From an uncultured Opitutia bacterium (lineage in GTDB: Bacteria; Verrucomicrobiota; Verrucomicrobiia; Opitutales; Coraliomargaritaceae), in the NCBI GenBank assembly GCA_913041275.1, contig CAJWHF010000001.1, forward strand, positions 7,350 to 71,349: a stretch of DNA of 64,000 nucleotides. The letters are read 5' to 3'. A program made the translations under genes and the position numbers. Positions 38,999 through 51,165 of the stretch are shown piece by piece. The notes under the pieces were generated by a model. That model did no database searches. It worked only from the letters and a program-made list of their open reading frames with translations, and had not been told where the DNA came from. Position 1 is the first letter of the stretch; the number at the start of each line of letters is the position of its first letter.

Positions 38999-40399
38999 AT
39001 GAATTCTACCGATTCCATTGATTTACCAGGCCGCCGTGATTTTTTAAAAATGGCTGGTACTCTCTCCCTGGGAACATTCTTTAAGCACTCCCACGCCGCG
39101 CCACTAGGAGATGTTGGACACATAAAGAACAGTCCAAACTTGCTATTTTTAAATCTAGATCAGCTCAGTCACATGGCGCTGAGTTGCCACGGAAATCCGC
39201 ATGTCCATACCCCGCACATAGACCGCCTTGCGAAGCATAGTGTAGATTTTTCTAGAAGCTACACTCCGGATCCTATTTGTTGCCCGGCGCGAGCTGCTTG
39301 GTGTACAGGCCGTTATCCGAGCGAAAATAATGTAGTAACTAATAACCGTAAGCTGCGCGAGGACCTCCCTGATTATGGCCAATGGCTAGGCAAAGCAGGA
39401 TATCAAACAGTTCACATTGGCAAGTGGCATGTTCCAGGGCGCCTTCTGCATAATTCCTTCCAATTAGTTCCCCACAACTCACACCCACAGGGCGAATACA
39501 GTGACAATTTAGTAGCACTGTCTTTCGAAGCATTTCTTCAGAATCGTGACCAAAATCGTCCTTTCTTTGCCCAGATCGGGTTAATGAATCCACACGACAT
39601 AGGCAATGCGACAAGAACCGCTGAACACCCGTTTCCATTTCCGCACTTAAAAGGTCAGCTCCCCCCCTGCCCTCCAAATTTTAATTATGATCCGCGTGAA
39701 CCCGAACAAATAGCCTCATTCCATAAGGGCTTAGTTAGTTGGCTCAGTCCGTGGACAGAGGAAAACTGGGGCCACTACCAGTGGCTCTATTACCGCATGG
39801 TAGAAATGGTTGATGTTAACGTAGGCTATATCCTCGACACACTTGAGCAATCACCTGATCACGATAATACAGTCGTTATTTTTACTTCTGATCACGGTGA
39901 ATCAAATGCACACCATAGGTTGCTATTTAAAGACAACTTTTATGACACTTCTTCGCGAGTTCCCACAATGGTACGCTTCCCAGGCCACATTCCTGAAGGA
40001 ATTGAAGACACTGAACATCTAGTTTCTGGTTTAGATTTTTTTCCCACATTCTGTGATTATGCAGGCATCCAAGCCCCTTCTGAGCTGAAAGGTTCTAGCC
40101 TGCGTCCCCTACTCGAGGGCAATCGCAAACCAAAAAATTGGCGCCGTTATTTACATGCGCAAAGCAAAGCTAGTGGCCGTATGGTCGTCGACGAGCGCTT
40201 CAAGTTTATTCGTTACTTTGGCTCAAAAACCACTCAGCTCTTTGATTTAAAAAATGATCCCTGGGAGACTCAAAACTTAGCTTTTGATCCCGCTTTCTCT
40301 AAGGACTGTTTGCGTATGTCCGAAGAAATTGAACGTAATGAGCTGACTTTGGATAATGTAGATCTCCCAAATGAACTTACCAGGCGAGTTCTAAGCTAA
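38999..40399 (+). CDS. Formylglycine-dependent (S1) sulfatase, Tat-exported
   Basis: GRRDFLK Tat motif; NLLFL..DQ, CCPARA, GKWH, NPHD, SDHG, DP.E..NLA. Confidence 0.92.
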   Translation: MNSTDSIDLPGRRDFLKMAGTLSLGTFFKHSHAAPLGDVGHIKNSPNLLFLNLDQLSHMALSCHGNPHVHTPHIDRLAKHSVDFSRSYTPDPICCPARAAWCTGRYPSENNVVTNNRKLREDLPDYGQWLGKAGYQTVHIGKWHVPGRLLHNSFQLVPHNSHPQGEYSDNLVALSFEAFLQNRDQNRPFFAQIGLMNPHDIGNATRTAEHPFPFPHLKGQLPPCPPNFNYDPREPEQIASFHKGLVSWLSPWTEENWGHYQWLYYRMVEMVDVNVGYILDTLEQSPDHDNTVVIFTSDHGESNAHHRLLFKDNFYDTSSRVPTMVRFPGHIPEGIEDTEHLVSGLDFFPTFCDYAGIQAPSELKGSSLRPLLEGNRKPKNWRRYLHAQSKASGRMVVDERFKFIRYFGSKTTQLFDLKNDPWETQNLAFDPAFSKDCLRMSEEIERNELTLDNVDLPNELTRRVLS

Positions 40400-40427
40400 G
40401 TCTAACCAACCACAAGAATGCTGAATT

Positions 40428-41324
40428 ATGCCAATTGACTTACCAGAAGGAGTCTATTCAGGATTCAGTATTTACGGGGACGATGTAATCGTACCGGGAG
40501 TCAACTCCCTTGGTGAGCACTGGTCTTCTCCTCGGCTCAAGCCAGTCTTAAAGAAACTGGAAAATTTCACTTGCTTACTCCAACTAGAGGGCGAGTGCCG
40601 ATTTCGGATCAATGGAGAAGAAATTAACCTAACTAATGGCAGTTTATTGTTAATAGCTAGAGGTGCTGTCATGGAGCGACTTGACCAGAAGTTCGCCTAT
40701 AATCACTGCCTATGGATTGGGTTCTCTATGCGTCGTGCCCTGCATGAAGAACCAGAGTTGCTGGAACCGTGGAAAAGCTTCGTCTACATGAAACGCCAAT
40801 TTTTACCTAAGCATAAATCATTGCTCAAAACTATAGTTAATGAGCACGCATCACCCGGCCCATTTAGTGAGCAAATCGCGCGTTCCTCCTATAGTGCTTT
40901 TATCTTTTCGATTCAGGACTTAATGCATAAACGAAAAGTAGAGTCTGTAATCCCTGCGCAATTGACACAAAACCCCACTGTACTCCAAGCGATCGACCTA
41001 TTCGAACGCGAACATGGGGAACACTGGGACCTCAAGCGATTAGCTGAGCAACTCGCAGTATCTGAGAGTAAGCTTACTAAAGCATTCCGAGTTACTACAG
41101 GTGAAAGCCCGATGGCTAGCCTATGGAAAATTCGTTTAATAAAAGGCTACGAGCTTCTAGTTAGTTCTTCTATGAATATTACACAGGTGGCCATGACGGT
41201 CGGTTTTCAAAGTAGTCAAAGCTTTGCCACTGCATTTAAACGTACTTTTAAGGCGACGCCCCGTGAAGTTAAGGGCGGGCTAGTTGAAGAGATCGAACCG
41301 CGTAATTTTTTCCATAGAAAGTAA
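40428..41324 (+). CDS. AraC-family transcriptional regulator
   Basis: N-terminal cupin-like domain; C-terminal LAEQL.VS...L...F...G.SP, ITQVA..VGF.S.QSF...FKR.F..TP. Confidence 0.92.
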   Translation: MPIDLPEGVYSGFSIYGDDVIVPGVNSLGEHWSSPRLKPVLKKLENFTCLLQLEGECRFRINGEEINLTNGSLLLIARGAVMERLDQKFAYNHCLWIGFSMRRALHEEPELLEPWKSFVYMKRQFLPKHKSLLKTIVNEHASPGPFSEQIARSSYSAFIFSIQDLMHKRKVESVIPAQLTQNPTVLQAIDLFEREHGEHWDLKRLAEQLAVSESKLTKAFRVTTGESPMASLWKIRLIKGYELLVSSSMNITQVAMTVGFQSSQSFATAFKRTFKATPREVKGGLVEEIEPRNFFHRK

Positions 41325-41372
41325 CAACTAAAAATTCTCTGTATTAATTTCTTAAATAAAAAATAAAAGATC

Positions 41373-42764
41373 ATGCACAGACAAATTATCCTTCTTATTA
41401 TCTTACTTACAGCCGCCGCTAGTGTTGCAAAAGCTGTACAGAAACCAAATCTGATTGTCATTTTAACAGACGACCAAGGTTATCAAGATGTCGGTTTTAA
41501 TGGTTGCACTGACATTCCTACACCAAATTTGGACAAACTTGCTATAAATGGAGTTAAGTTTACCGACGGTTACGTTTCCTATCCAGTTTGCGGTCCTAGT
41601 CGAGCTGGCCTTCTAACTGGCCGCTACCAAGACCGCTTTGGTTTCACTACCAATCCAACGATCGACCCTAATAATCCGAAAGCTGGGCTACCAGTAGAAG
41701 AAGAAACTATCGCCCAAGTCCTTAGTAAAGTGGGCTATAAAAGTGCAATCATAGGAAAATGGCACATGGGCACACACCCAAACTTTCATCCCCACAAAAG
41801 AGGCTTCGACCATTTCTTTGGTTTCCTGGCCGGAGGCCTCAATTACATGCCTGAGAAACTGACACTCAACGACCTATCCGAGGTCACTCGCAAGTGGCAC
41901 TGGTACTCTATGAAAGTAGAAAAAGATGGAGAAACTGTCGAAATTGACGATTACCTCACCGATGAACTTACCGACGCCGCTACTGCGTTCATTGATCAGC
42001 AGGCCGAAGCTGAGAACCCATTTTTTCTGTATCTAGCATACAACGCTCCTCATGCTCCACTGCAAGCTACAGAGAAATACCTTAGCCGATTTTCGGATAT
42101 CGAAGACAAACGTCGCCGCACCTATGCAGCTATGGTCAGTTGTGTTGATGATGGTGTCGGTAGAGTCATGAAAACATTAAGCAAGCAAGGTATCCTGGAA
42201 AATACTATAGTAGTATTTTTATCTGACAACGGTGGCGCTATAACCAAGAATGCATCTAACAACGGACCTCTTCGCGGGGCAAAATCAGACTTGTATGAGG
42301 GGGGTATTCGTGTGCCCTTTGCTATGCAATGGGTCGGAACCATACCCGCTAATCTAACTTATACAGAGCCAGTTATATCGCTAGACATATTAAGTACTAT
42401 CGCGGCTATAACTGAGGTAGAAATATCCCCTGCTCGCCCATTAGATGGTGTCAACCTAATCCCCTACCTAACGGGTAAAAATTCAGGGTCTCCACACGAT
42501 CAACTCTTCTGGCGTAAATGGGAACAGCAAGGCATGGCTGTGCGTTCATTTTCCACTAAGCTCGTCGCCAATGTAAAAAGAAATAATCAAAATCATGCGG
42601 TGTACGACCTCGAAAGCGATCTAAGTGAGAGAGAAAATATCCGCTGGCAATCTCCTGAGAAGACTCAGCAACTTATCGATGCATGGGAGAAATGGAATAA
42701 ACCTATGAAAGACCGCGTATTCCCAACGCTCGGAGCCGACAATTGGTGGGAACATAATTTATAA
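41373..42764 (+). CDS. S1 sulfatase resembling S1_19 carrageenan galactose-4-sulfatases
   Basis: Sec signal; DDQGY.DVGFNG..IPTP, CGPSRAG..TGRYQ.RFGF..NP, YNAPH.PLQATEKYL.RF, RTYAAMVS.VDDGV resemble the remembered Pseudoalteromonas S1_19B. Confidence 0.85.
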   Translation: MHRQIILLIILLTAAASVAKAVQKPNLIVILTDDQGYQDVGFNGCTDIPTPNLDKLAINGVKFTDGYVSYPVCGPSRAGLLTGRYQDRFGFTTNPTIDPNNPKAGLPVEEETIAQVLSKVGYKSAIIGKWHMGTHPNFHPHKRGFDHFFGFLAGGLNYMPEKLTLNDLSEVTRKWHWYSMKVEKDGETVEIDDYLTDELTDAATAFIDQQAEAENPFFLYLAYNAPHAPLQATEKYLSRFSDIEDKRRRTYAAMVSCVDDGVGRVMKTLSKQGILENTIVVFLSDNGGAITKNASNNGPLRGAKSDLYEGGIRVPFAMQWVGTIPANLTYTEPVISLDILSTIAAITEVEISPARPLDGVNLIPYLTGKNSGSPHDQLFWRKWEQQGMAVRSFSTKLVANVKRNNQNHAVYDLESDLSERENIRWQSPEKTQQLIDAWEKWNKPMKDRVFPTLGADNWWEHNL

Positions 42765-42787
42765 CCAAATCTATCTATAAACTCACT

Positions 42788-44194
42788 ATGCCGTTTAAGA
42801 CTCTATCTATCATTATAATTATCACGCTAGGCTTACTTCCTAGTCAGGCGGCATTATTAGCCGATACTATTGATAAGCCCAATATCATCTTTATCATGGC
42901 TGACGATCTTGGTTATGGTCAGATCGGAGCCTACGGTCAGAGCGAAATTAAGACGCCTCGCATCGACCAGATGGCCATGGAAGGACTCTTACTCACAGAT
43001 TATTATGCGGGTACTTCGGTCTGCGCACCTTCGCGTTGCGCCTTAATGACCGGTATGCATGTAGGCCATACCTATATTCGTGGAAATTATGAAATTAAAG
43101 CTACTTCCGACCATGCCTCTGGTCAGTTACCAATTCCAGACGAGACTATCACCGTTGCCGAGAAACTAAAAGAAGCTGACTATAAAACCGCGTGTATAGG
43201 AAAATGGGGCTTGGGCTATCCTCTAAGTGAAGGTGATCCAATAAATCAGGGCTTCGACTATTTCTACGGCTATAATTGCCAACGCCATGCACACAACTAC
43301 TACCCAGGATGGCTATGGAAAAATCACGAAAAAGTAGAGTTAGGTGCAAGAGATACCGTAGAGGGATACAGCCATTATCGCCTCACTACAGAGGCAAGAA
43401 ATTTTATCACGGAGAGTAAAGATCAGCCTTTCTTTCTATATCTCGCATATACAATACCCCACTCTCACATTCAAATACCAGCAAGTGATCCTAATTACAC
43501 TCAATATCTAGACGAAGATTGGCCCAGTGTACAAAAGCGACTAGCTGGGATGATCAGCCTTATGGATCAAGATGTCGGAGGAATTCTTGATTTACTTAAA
43601 GATCTTGAGATAGACAAAAATACACTCGTTATTTTCACCAGTGATAATGGTGCATCTAGATCTGGCGGTGTGATTGAAGATTTTTTTGATGACAGTGGCC
43701 CCCTAAGAGGAATCAAGCGGGATATGTATGAAGGTGGCACCCGAGTACCATTCATAGCTCACTGGCCGACAGTCATCGAGCCTAGTCGCAGCAGTGACCA
43801 TGTCGGGGCGCACTGGGATCTCATGGCGACGGCATGTGAAATGGCAGGTATTGAATTACAAAATGGAACCGACAGTATCAGCTACTTGCCTCTACTGAAA
43901 GGTGATCTAGATAAGCAGAAAATACACGACTATATTTACTTCGAACTGCATTGGCCGACACGGCGTGCTGTACGCAAGGGCGACTGGGTAGCTGTGCAAA
44001 ATAATACCTCCACGCGCGACCCAGAGGTCAACCCAACTCAACTCTATAACTTAAAAGAAGACCTAGCACAGGAGCATGACCGTGCTACCGAATATCCCGA
44101 AAAGCTTAATCATTTACGCCAACTCTTAGAGGCAGCGCATGCACCCAGTGAGCACTTTGTCTTTGGGCGTGGACGCCCAAATAAAAATAAGTAA
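42788..44194 (+). CDS. S1 arylsulfatase
   Basis: Signal peptide; ADDLGYG, CAPSRC.LMTG.H.GH..IRGN, GKWGLG, SDNG, YEGG.RVP. Confidence 0.93.
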   Translation: MPFKTLSIIIIITLGLLPSQAALLADTIDKPNIIFIMADDLGYGQIGAYGQSEIKTPRIDQMAMEGLLLTDYYAGTSVCAPSRCALMTGMHVGHTYIRGNYEIKATSDHASGQLPIPDETITVAEKLKEADYKTACIGKWGLGYPLSEGDPINQGFDYFYGYNCQRHAHNYYPGWLWKNHEKVELGARDTVEGYSHYRLTTEARNFITESKDQPFFLYLAYTIPHSHIQIPASDPNYTQYLDEDWPSVQKRLAGMISLMDQDVGGILDLLKDLEIDKNTLVIFTSDNGASRSGGVIEDFFDDSGPLRGIKRDMYEGGTRVPFIAHWPTVIEPSRSSDHVGAHWDLMATACEMAGIELQNGTDSISYLPLLKGDLDKQKIHDYIYFELHWPTRRAVRKGDWVAVQNNTSTRDPEVNPTQLYNLKEDLAQEHDRATEYPEKLNHLRQLLEAAHAPSEHFVFGRGRPNKNK

Positions 44195-44212
44195 TGGTCA
44201 ACTAGTATTTTT

Positions 44213-45670
44213 ATGCAAAATAAATTGAGCTGCATTTTACTTGGAATCGCTGGTATAGCGCTGTGCACCACATCGCTCTGTGCAGAGGTTCGACCAAATA
44301 TATTAATATTCCTCGTCGATGACATGGGCTTAATGGATAGCTCTGTGCCCTTCCTAAGTGAGAACGGCGAGCCTAAGGTACACACGCTTAACCAGCGCTA
44401 TCGCACCCCAAATATTGAGAGCCTAGCGAGCCAAGGTCTGAGATATGAGCGCTTCTACGCAAATAGTGTATGTTCCCCATCACGCGTCTCGTTGTTAACC
44501 GGTCAAAGCTCAGCGCGCCACCGGACTACCCAGTGGATTTATCCATACGGTAAAAATAGCGGCCCACAGGCTCCAAAAAAATGGAATTGGCAGGGCCTTG
44601 ACGAAGGCTCAGTTACACTGCCCAGAATATTATCCCATGCAGGCTACGAAACGATTCATGTCGGCAAGGGGCACTGGGGACCACTCGACTATCCAGGCGC
44701 AGACCCCTTGCAGATCGGCTTTAATCATAATATAGCAGGTGCAGCTTGGGGACGCCCTGGCAGTTATTACGGTAAGAAAAATTTTACGAATGCACAAAAC
44801 CTTCGTCAACCACCGCACCTTGAGGCATATCATGGCAAAGACACCCATTTGACTGAAGCACTTACCGAGAAGATGCTCGAGCGACTGGATGCTGCACATG
44901 CCACTGGTAAGCCTATTTTTGCCCATATGTCTTTTTACGCTGTGCACAGTCCATTTGAGGCAGATGCAAAATTCTTAAAGAACTATCCACAGGATTTCCC
45001 GGGGCGTGCCTTCGCTGCGATGATAGAAGGTATGGACCATTCGGTCGGGAAAATTCTGAATCACCTACAAACGCTCGGTATAGCCGAAGAGACGATAGTC
45101 TTTTTCCTCGGTGACAATGGCTCCGACTATAGCAGCCGGCCACTACGCGGTAAAAAAGCAGAACGATATGAAGGCGGCACGCGCGTTCCATTTATGGTTA
45201 GCTGGGCCCAGCCTACCGACAGCCCACTACAAGATCGCTGGCCCATACCGCTGGGCGTCCTCCACAATTCCAGCTTCGGCACCATCCTCGACTTAATGCC
45301 GACGATTCTAGCACTGACGGGCACCCAAGCACCTAAAGACCACACGATGGATGGTTACGACCTCAGAACTGTCACCGCTGGCGAGAGCCCACAGACATTC
45401 CTGATGCACTTTCCGCATAAGCATCGTTCTGCGTACTTCACCACATGGCACAATGGCAACTGGAAGCTCATTTACCAATACTCTGCCGAACCCCGTATGC
45501 AATTATTCAACCTAGCAGCAGACATTGACGAAAGTAACGACCTCGCGGTGCAACGCCCCGAGCGACTGCAAGAAATGTTTCGCCAGATGGAAGGTGCTCT
45601 AAACGAATGCCAAGCACTTTTCCCCGTCGATTCTCAAAACAAGCAAATACTGCGTCCGTATTTATACTAA
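44213..45670 (+). CDS. S1 sulfatase
   Basis: Signal peptide; VDDMG.MD.SVPF, CSPSRVS, GKGH, YAVHSPF, GDNG. Confidence 0.92.
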   Translation: MQNKLSCILLGIAGIALCTTSLCAEVRPNILIFLVDDMGLMDSSVPFLSENGEPKVHTLNQRYRTPNIESLASQGLRYERFYANSVCSPSRVSLLTGQSSARHRTTQWIYPYGKNSGPQAPKKWNWQGLDEGSVTLPRILSHAGYETIHVGKGHWGPLDYPGADPLQIGFNHNIAGAAWGRPGSYYGKKNFTNAQNLRQPPHLEAYHGKDTHLTEALTEKMLERLDAAHATGKPIFAHMSFYAVHSPFEADAKFLKNYPQDFPGRAFAAMIEGMDHSVGKILNHLQTLGIAEETIVFFLGDNGSDYSSRPLRGKKAERYEGGTRVPFMVSWAQPTDSPLQDRWPIPLGVLHNSSFGTILDLMPTILALTGTQAPKDHTMDGYDLRTVTAGESPQTFLMHFPHKHRSAYFTTWHNGNWKLIYQYSAEPRMQLFNLAADIDESNDLAVQRPERLQEMFRQMEGALNECQALFPVDSQNKQILRPYLY

Positions 45671-45680
45671 TCACTACAGC

Positions 45681-47225
<1,545 letters not shown>

Positions 47226-47250
47226 TCTTTTTCGGCTAACTAGAAAAATT

Positions 47251-48849
47251 ATGAAAATCATATTACAGCAAACTATACTTGGCATTCTTGCCATCTTTAC
47301 TCCGCTTTACGCGGAAATCGGAATTGCCCCAATATTTTCTGATAATATGATACTCCAGAGAGACGTCAGCATCCCACTAAGAGGAACCGCTACTGATGAA
47401 AAAGAAGTAACCGTACAATTTAACGGTAGTACATATGCATCAGTAGTCATAAAAAATAGATGGATGGTAGAACTACCAGCTATGCCCGCTGGTGGAAGCT
47501 TCGAAATCCTCATCAAGGGAGCGAAGAATACTGTCACTGTTTCGAATGTAACCTTTGGCGATATCTGGCTCTGCGCCGGACAATCAAATATGGATAGCTC
47601 CATTGAGACCTATAAGCGCAAATTTCCTGAGCTTTATGAAGGTCACCCTGTAAAGTACCACGAGCAAATTCGTATCTTCCGAGCTGCCATCCTACCAGTG
47701 GACGAGCCCCAAGAGTTTGTTAAGCGCGAGTATCGCTTTGATCAGGGTTGGTATCCAATCGAGCCGCGCACCCGCACCCACCTCCTTACTGCTACTGGCT
47801 ACTTTTTTGGATTGCACCTCGCAGAAGCCTTAGATGCACCAATCGGTTTAATCCAATCCGCTTGTGGCGGCACCCCCATTACTGCTTGGATGCCGCCGGG
47901 CTCCCTTGAAGATCGTGATGAGTATAATTCCATCGTAGCAGACTACCAGCAAGCGGTTCAAGACTGGCCGACCAATAAGATAAAATACGAGCAGCAGGTA
48001 AAGGAATGGGAAGTAAAAAAAGCAAGTGGCGAACAAGTCGGTTGGAGACCATCTCCCCCCTTAGGTAGTCCTCTAAGTAGTAAACGACCTTACGCCCTGC
48101 ATAATGGAATGATCGCTCCGCTTTATGAACTACCGATCAAAGGCGTACTTTGGTATCAAGGTGAAGGCAATGCCAGAACCCGCCAAAGTTGTGTGCAATA
48201 CGAGACACTCCTGAAAGACTTGGTCGCACATTGGCGTGCAAACTGGGGTAATGAAAGCATGCCATTTCTGGTCGTGCAACTGCCTGGATTTGGCAAAGCC
48301 ACTGAAAAAATAAATACCAGCCACAACTGGCCATGGATGCGAGAATCCCAAAAAAATATTGAAGACATCCTTAACTGCCGGACGGTATGCACTATAGATA
48401 GTGGCATGCAAAGAGATATCCACCCGCCCTATAAAGAAAATATCGGCAAGCGCTTGGCTTACGCCGCACAATCTATGGTGTATAAGCAAAGCAGTGCACC
48501 GCAATCACCAGAATACTGTGCGCACCAATTCGATGGCGAATCGACCCTCATCACCCTCAAAAATGTCGGCAGTGGGCTGAGCGCTTCGGATCCTTTAATC
48601 AAAGACATGAATTATGATGATGGCGAGGTACTTGGCTTCACCGTAATAAATGGCGATGACAGGTATATACGCGCCACTGGCGAGATAATCGCAAAAAATA
48701 AGGTACGCGTGCGACACCCAGGTATCAGCGCGCCAAAGTCGATTCGCTATGGCTGGGAAAATTTTCCTAACCTCAACTTATTCGGCTCAGATAATATGCC
48801 CGCATTCCCATTCCGCACAGATCAGACTTCTCCCTTCGATGGTAATTAA
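47251..48849 (+). CDS. Sialate O-acetylesterase (SASA/SGNH) family carbohydrate esterase
   Basis: FSDNMILQR, GDIWLC.GQSNM, GG.PI.AW, GVLWYQGE.N, VQLP.F, DIHP..K..IG.RLA. Start reassigned to ATG 47251. Confidence 0.9.
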   Translation: MKIILQQTILGILAIFTPLYAEIGIAPIFSDNMILQRDVSIPLRGTATDEKEVTVQFNGSTYASVVIKNRWMVELPAMPAGGSFEILIKGAKNTVTVSNVTFGDIWLCAGQSNMDSSIETYKRKFPELYEGHPVKYHEQIRIFRAAILPVDEPQEFVKREYRFDQGWYPIEPRTRTHLLTATGYFFGLHLAEALDAPIGLIQSACGGTPITAWMPPGSLEDRDEYNSIVADYQQAVQDWPTNKIKYEQQVKEWEVKKASGEQVGWRPSPPLGSPLSSKRPYALHNGMIAPLYELPIKGVLWYQGEGNARTRQSCVQYETLLKDLVAHWRANWGNESMPFLVVQLPGFGKATEKINTSHNWPWMRESQKNIEDILNCRTVCTIDSGMQRDIHPPYKENIGKRLAYAAQSMVYKQSSAPQSPEYCAHQFDGESTLITLKNVGSGLSASDPLIKDMNYDDGEVLGFTVINGDDRYIRATGEIIAKNKVRVRHPGISAPKSIRYGWENFPNLNLFGSDNMPAFPFRTDQTSPFDGN

Positions 48850-48865
48850 TTGCGAGAATCTAGGA

Positions 48866-50332
48866 ATGAAATCTAAGAACACACACCAATCACTTTCGCG
48901 GCGAGATTTCCTCAAGTCCTCTGGTGCTTTTGGTGCGCTGACCATACTTCCATCCTATATAGCTCTGGGTAATCAATCGACTTCAGGACTGGCACCCAGT
49001 GAAAAAGTAAGACTGGCGATCATCGGTATTGGAAACCAAGGCAACAGAGACCGAAAGTTACTACTAGCCTCAGGGCTCTGCGATGTCGTCGCACTCTGCG
49101 ACATCGATATGAATGCTGCGCATACCCATGAAGCGCGCTACGTGCACCGAATCACTGGCAAGCCACCAGTAACTAAGGATGGCGAAATGCCGCCAGGGCA
49201 GAGCCAAATACAAGCACGCGCTTACACAGACTTTCGAAAAATGTTCGACGATATGGCTGGCGACATCGATGCCGTGCTGATTGCCACGCCCGATCATTCG
49301 CACTTTGCTGCGACCATGCTCGCTATGTCGCTCGGCAAGCACGTATTTGTCGAAAAACCACTGGCTCACACTTTTGGTCAATGCGAGCGTCTGATGGATC
49401 TTGCTGCGCGTAGTGGCGTAGTCACCCAAATGGGAAACCAAGGGCACTCTGGCCCTAACTATTTTCAGTTTAAAGCGTGGTCAGAGGCAGGCATCATCAA
49501 AGACATTACCCGAATCACCGCCCACATGAATATCAAGCGTCGCTGGCACGGTTGGGGAGCCACTGCAAGTAGCTATCCCAGCGAACCCATTTTAGGCAGT
49601 ATTCATTGGGAACAGTGGCATGATGTAGTTGCCGCTAACCGAACATTTAGTAGTAAGCTTCATCCTCAGGAGTGGCGCAGTTGGTATGAATTCGGAAGCG
49701 GCTGCTTAGGTGACTGGGCACCGCACATTTTAGATACCTGCCATCGTTTTCTCCAACTAGGTCTACCCGAGCGCATCGTGACTTTGGATCGCGGCGGCAT
49801 TAACCCCTACGATTTAATCTACCCAGAATCCTCAACCATTCGTTTCGACTTTCCCGAGCGCGGCCCTAATCTGCCTGCATGCAAAGTCACATGGTACGAC
49901 GGACTAAATAACGAGCCAACACTCGCAGCTGAATACACAGAAGATAGTGACTATGAATTATTAAACAATCCTGGCAAAGAGCTCTACAGTGAAGAGCTCG
50001 CTTTTAAGGGTGGTCACCACGGGCAACCGCTCCAAATCGTACCACGGTCTAAATTCTTGGACATGCGCGCATCGCTGCCTCCATTCCCACAGAAGAACTC
50101 TAATCACTATACAAACTTCTTGCTCGCTTGTAAGGGAGAGGAAATTTCCCGCTCTCCTTTCAGCGTCAGTGGCACGCTAACACAAGTAATGACCCTGGGT
50201 ATGCTGGCTCAACGCTTTGGTGGGCAAATCGAATTCGATCGCCAAAACAAATGCATCACTAACAACCCTACTGCTCATACACTGCTCGACCCCGCTCCAC
50301 GTAAGGGATGGGAATCCTACTACAAGCTGTAA
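48866..50332 (+). CDS. Gfo/Idh/MocA oxidoreductase, Tat-exported
   Basis: SRRDFLK Tat motif; IGIGNQG, DFRKMFD, ATPDHSH, HVFVEKPL, QMGNQGHS, WR.W.EFG.G.LGDW..H. Start reassigned to ATG 48866. Confidence 0.92.
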   Translation: MKSKNTHQSLSRRDFLKSSGAFGALTILPSYIALGNQSTSGLAPSEKVRLAIIGIGNQGNRDRKLLLASGLCDVVALCDIDMNAAHTHEARYVHRITGKPPVTKDGEMPPGQSQIQARAYTDFRKMFDDMAGDIDAVLIATPDHSHFAATMLAMSLGKHVFVEKPLAHTFGQCERLMDLAARSGVVTQMGNQGHSGPNYFQFKAWSEAGIIKDITRITAHMNIKRRWHGWGATASSYPSEPILGSIHWEQWHDVVAANRTFSSKLHPQEWRSWYEFGSGCLGDWAPHILDTCHRFLQLGLPERIVTLDRGGINPYDLIYPESSTIRFDFPERGPNLPACKVTWYDGLNNEPTLAAEYTEDSDYELLNNPGKELYSEELAFKGGHHGQPLQIVPRSKFLDMRASLPPFPQKNSNHYTNFLLACKGEEISRSPFSVSGTLTQVMTLGMLAQRFGGQIEFDRQNKCITNNPTAHTLLDPAPRKGWESYYKL

Positions 50333-50356
50333 GCTTTATTATCTAGTGATTCATCT

Positions 50357-51121
50357 ATGAAAAAACTAGCACTCCTATTAGGCATACTCTCTAGCACCTC
50401 ATTGTGTGTAGCTAATCAAGTATCCGAAGCGCAGCAACCATTCATAAAAAAATACGAAAATCAAAAGCGTATCATTACGCCCCAAAAAGCGCGAATCAAT
50501 AGCGAGCTCGAGCCGGATCTAAGTGAGGGCTTCGTCAGCCTTTACAACGGTAAAGACCTCAGTAATTGGACAGCTCGTGGAGGCTATTGCACCTTTGAAG
50601 CCCGCGCAGATCGAATAGTAGGGACCTGCGTAAAAGGTTCGCCCAGCACCTATCTGACAACTGCGCGCGAGGACTACAGTGACTTCATTTTTACTGCGGA
50701 GTTAAAATGGGTCATCGATGGCAATAGCGGCATTATGTTTCGCGCACAATATGAGCCGAAGAAACCCTACGATAGGGTCATTGGTCCACAGTGTGAAATG
50801 GAAGGTTTCGCACCAATGCTAAAGCGTCAGCGCGGTTGGTCGGGCGGCATCTATGGCCAGGGATATGCCGCTTGGATTTATCCACTTTGGCTCGAGGCTC
50901 ATAGTGCTGTGCGTCAGGCGCTAAAAAAAGATGCTTGGAATCGGGTCACAATTGTAGCGGACAAGGGAACAATAAAAACTTGGGTTAACGGAGTGCCCGC
51001 TGCTCACTGGGTTGACGATCAGTTCCTAGAAGGGTTTTTCGGACTTCAGGTGCACTCTGGAAAAAAAGGTGAAGTCCACTTTAGAAACATAAAGGTCAAG
51101 GAACTACCAGAGCGCCGTTGA
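50357..51121 (+). CDS. DUF1080 (3-keto-disaccharide hydrolase/lyase family) protein
   Basis: Signal peptide; [13 protein letters not shown]....E.K, NSGI.FR, QCE, GGIY, WN...I, GLQVH...[10 protein letters not shown]. Confidence 0.9.
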   Translation: MKKLALLLGILSSTSLCVANQVSEAQQPFIKKYENQKRIITPQKARINSELEPDLSEGFVSLYNGKDLSNWTARGGYCTFEARADRIVGTCVKGSPSTYLTTAREDYSDFIFTAELKWVIDGNSGIMFRAQYEPKKPYDRVIGPQCEMEGFAPMLKRQRGWSGGIYGQGYAAWIYPLWLEAHSAVRQALKKDAWNRVTIVADKGTIKTWVNGVPAAHWVDDQFLEGFFGLQVHSGKKGEVHFRNIKVKELPERR

Positions 51122-51165
51122 CGATTAGTTGCAGTACAATAAAAATATATACTAACTACAGTCGA

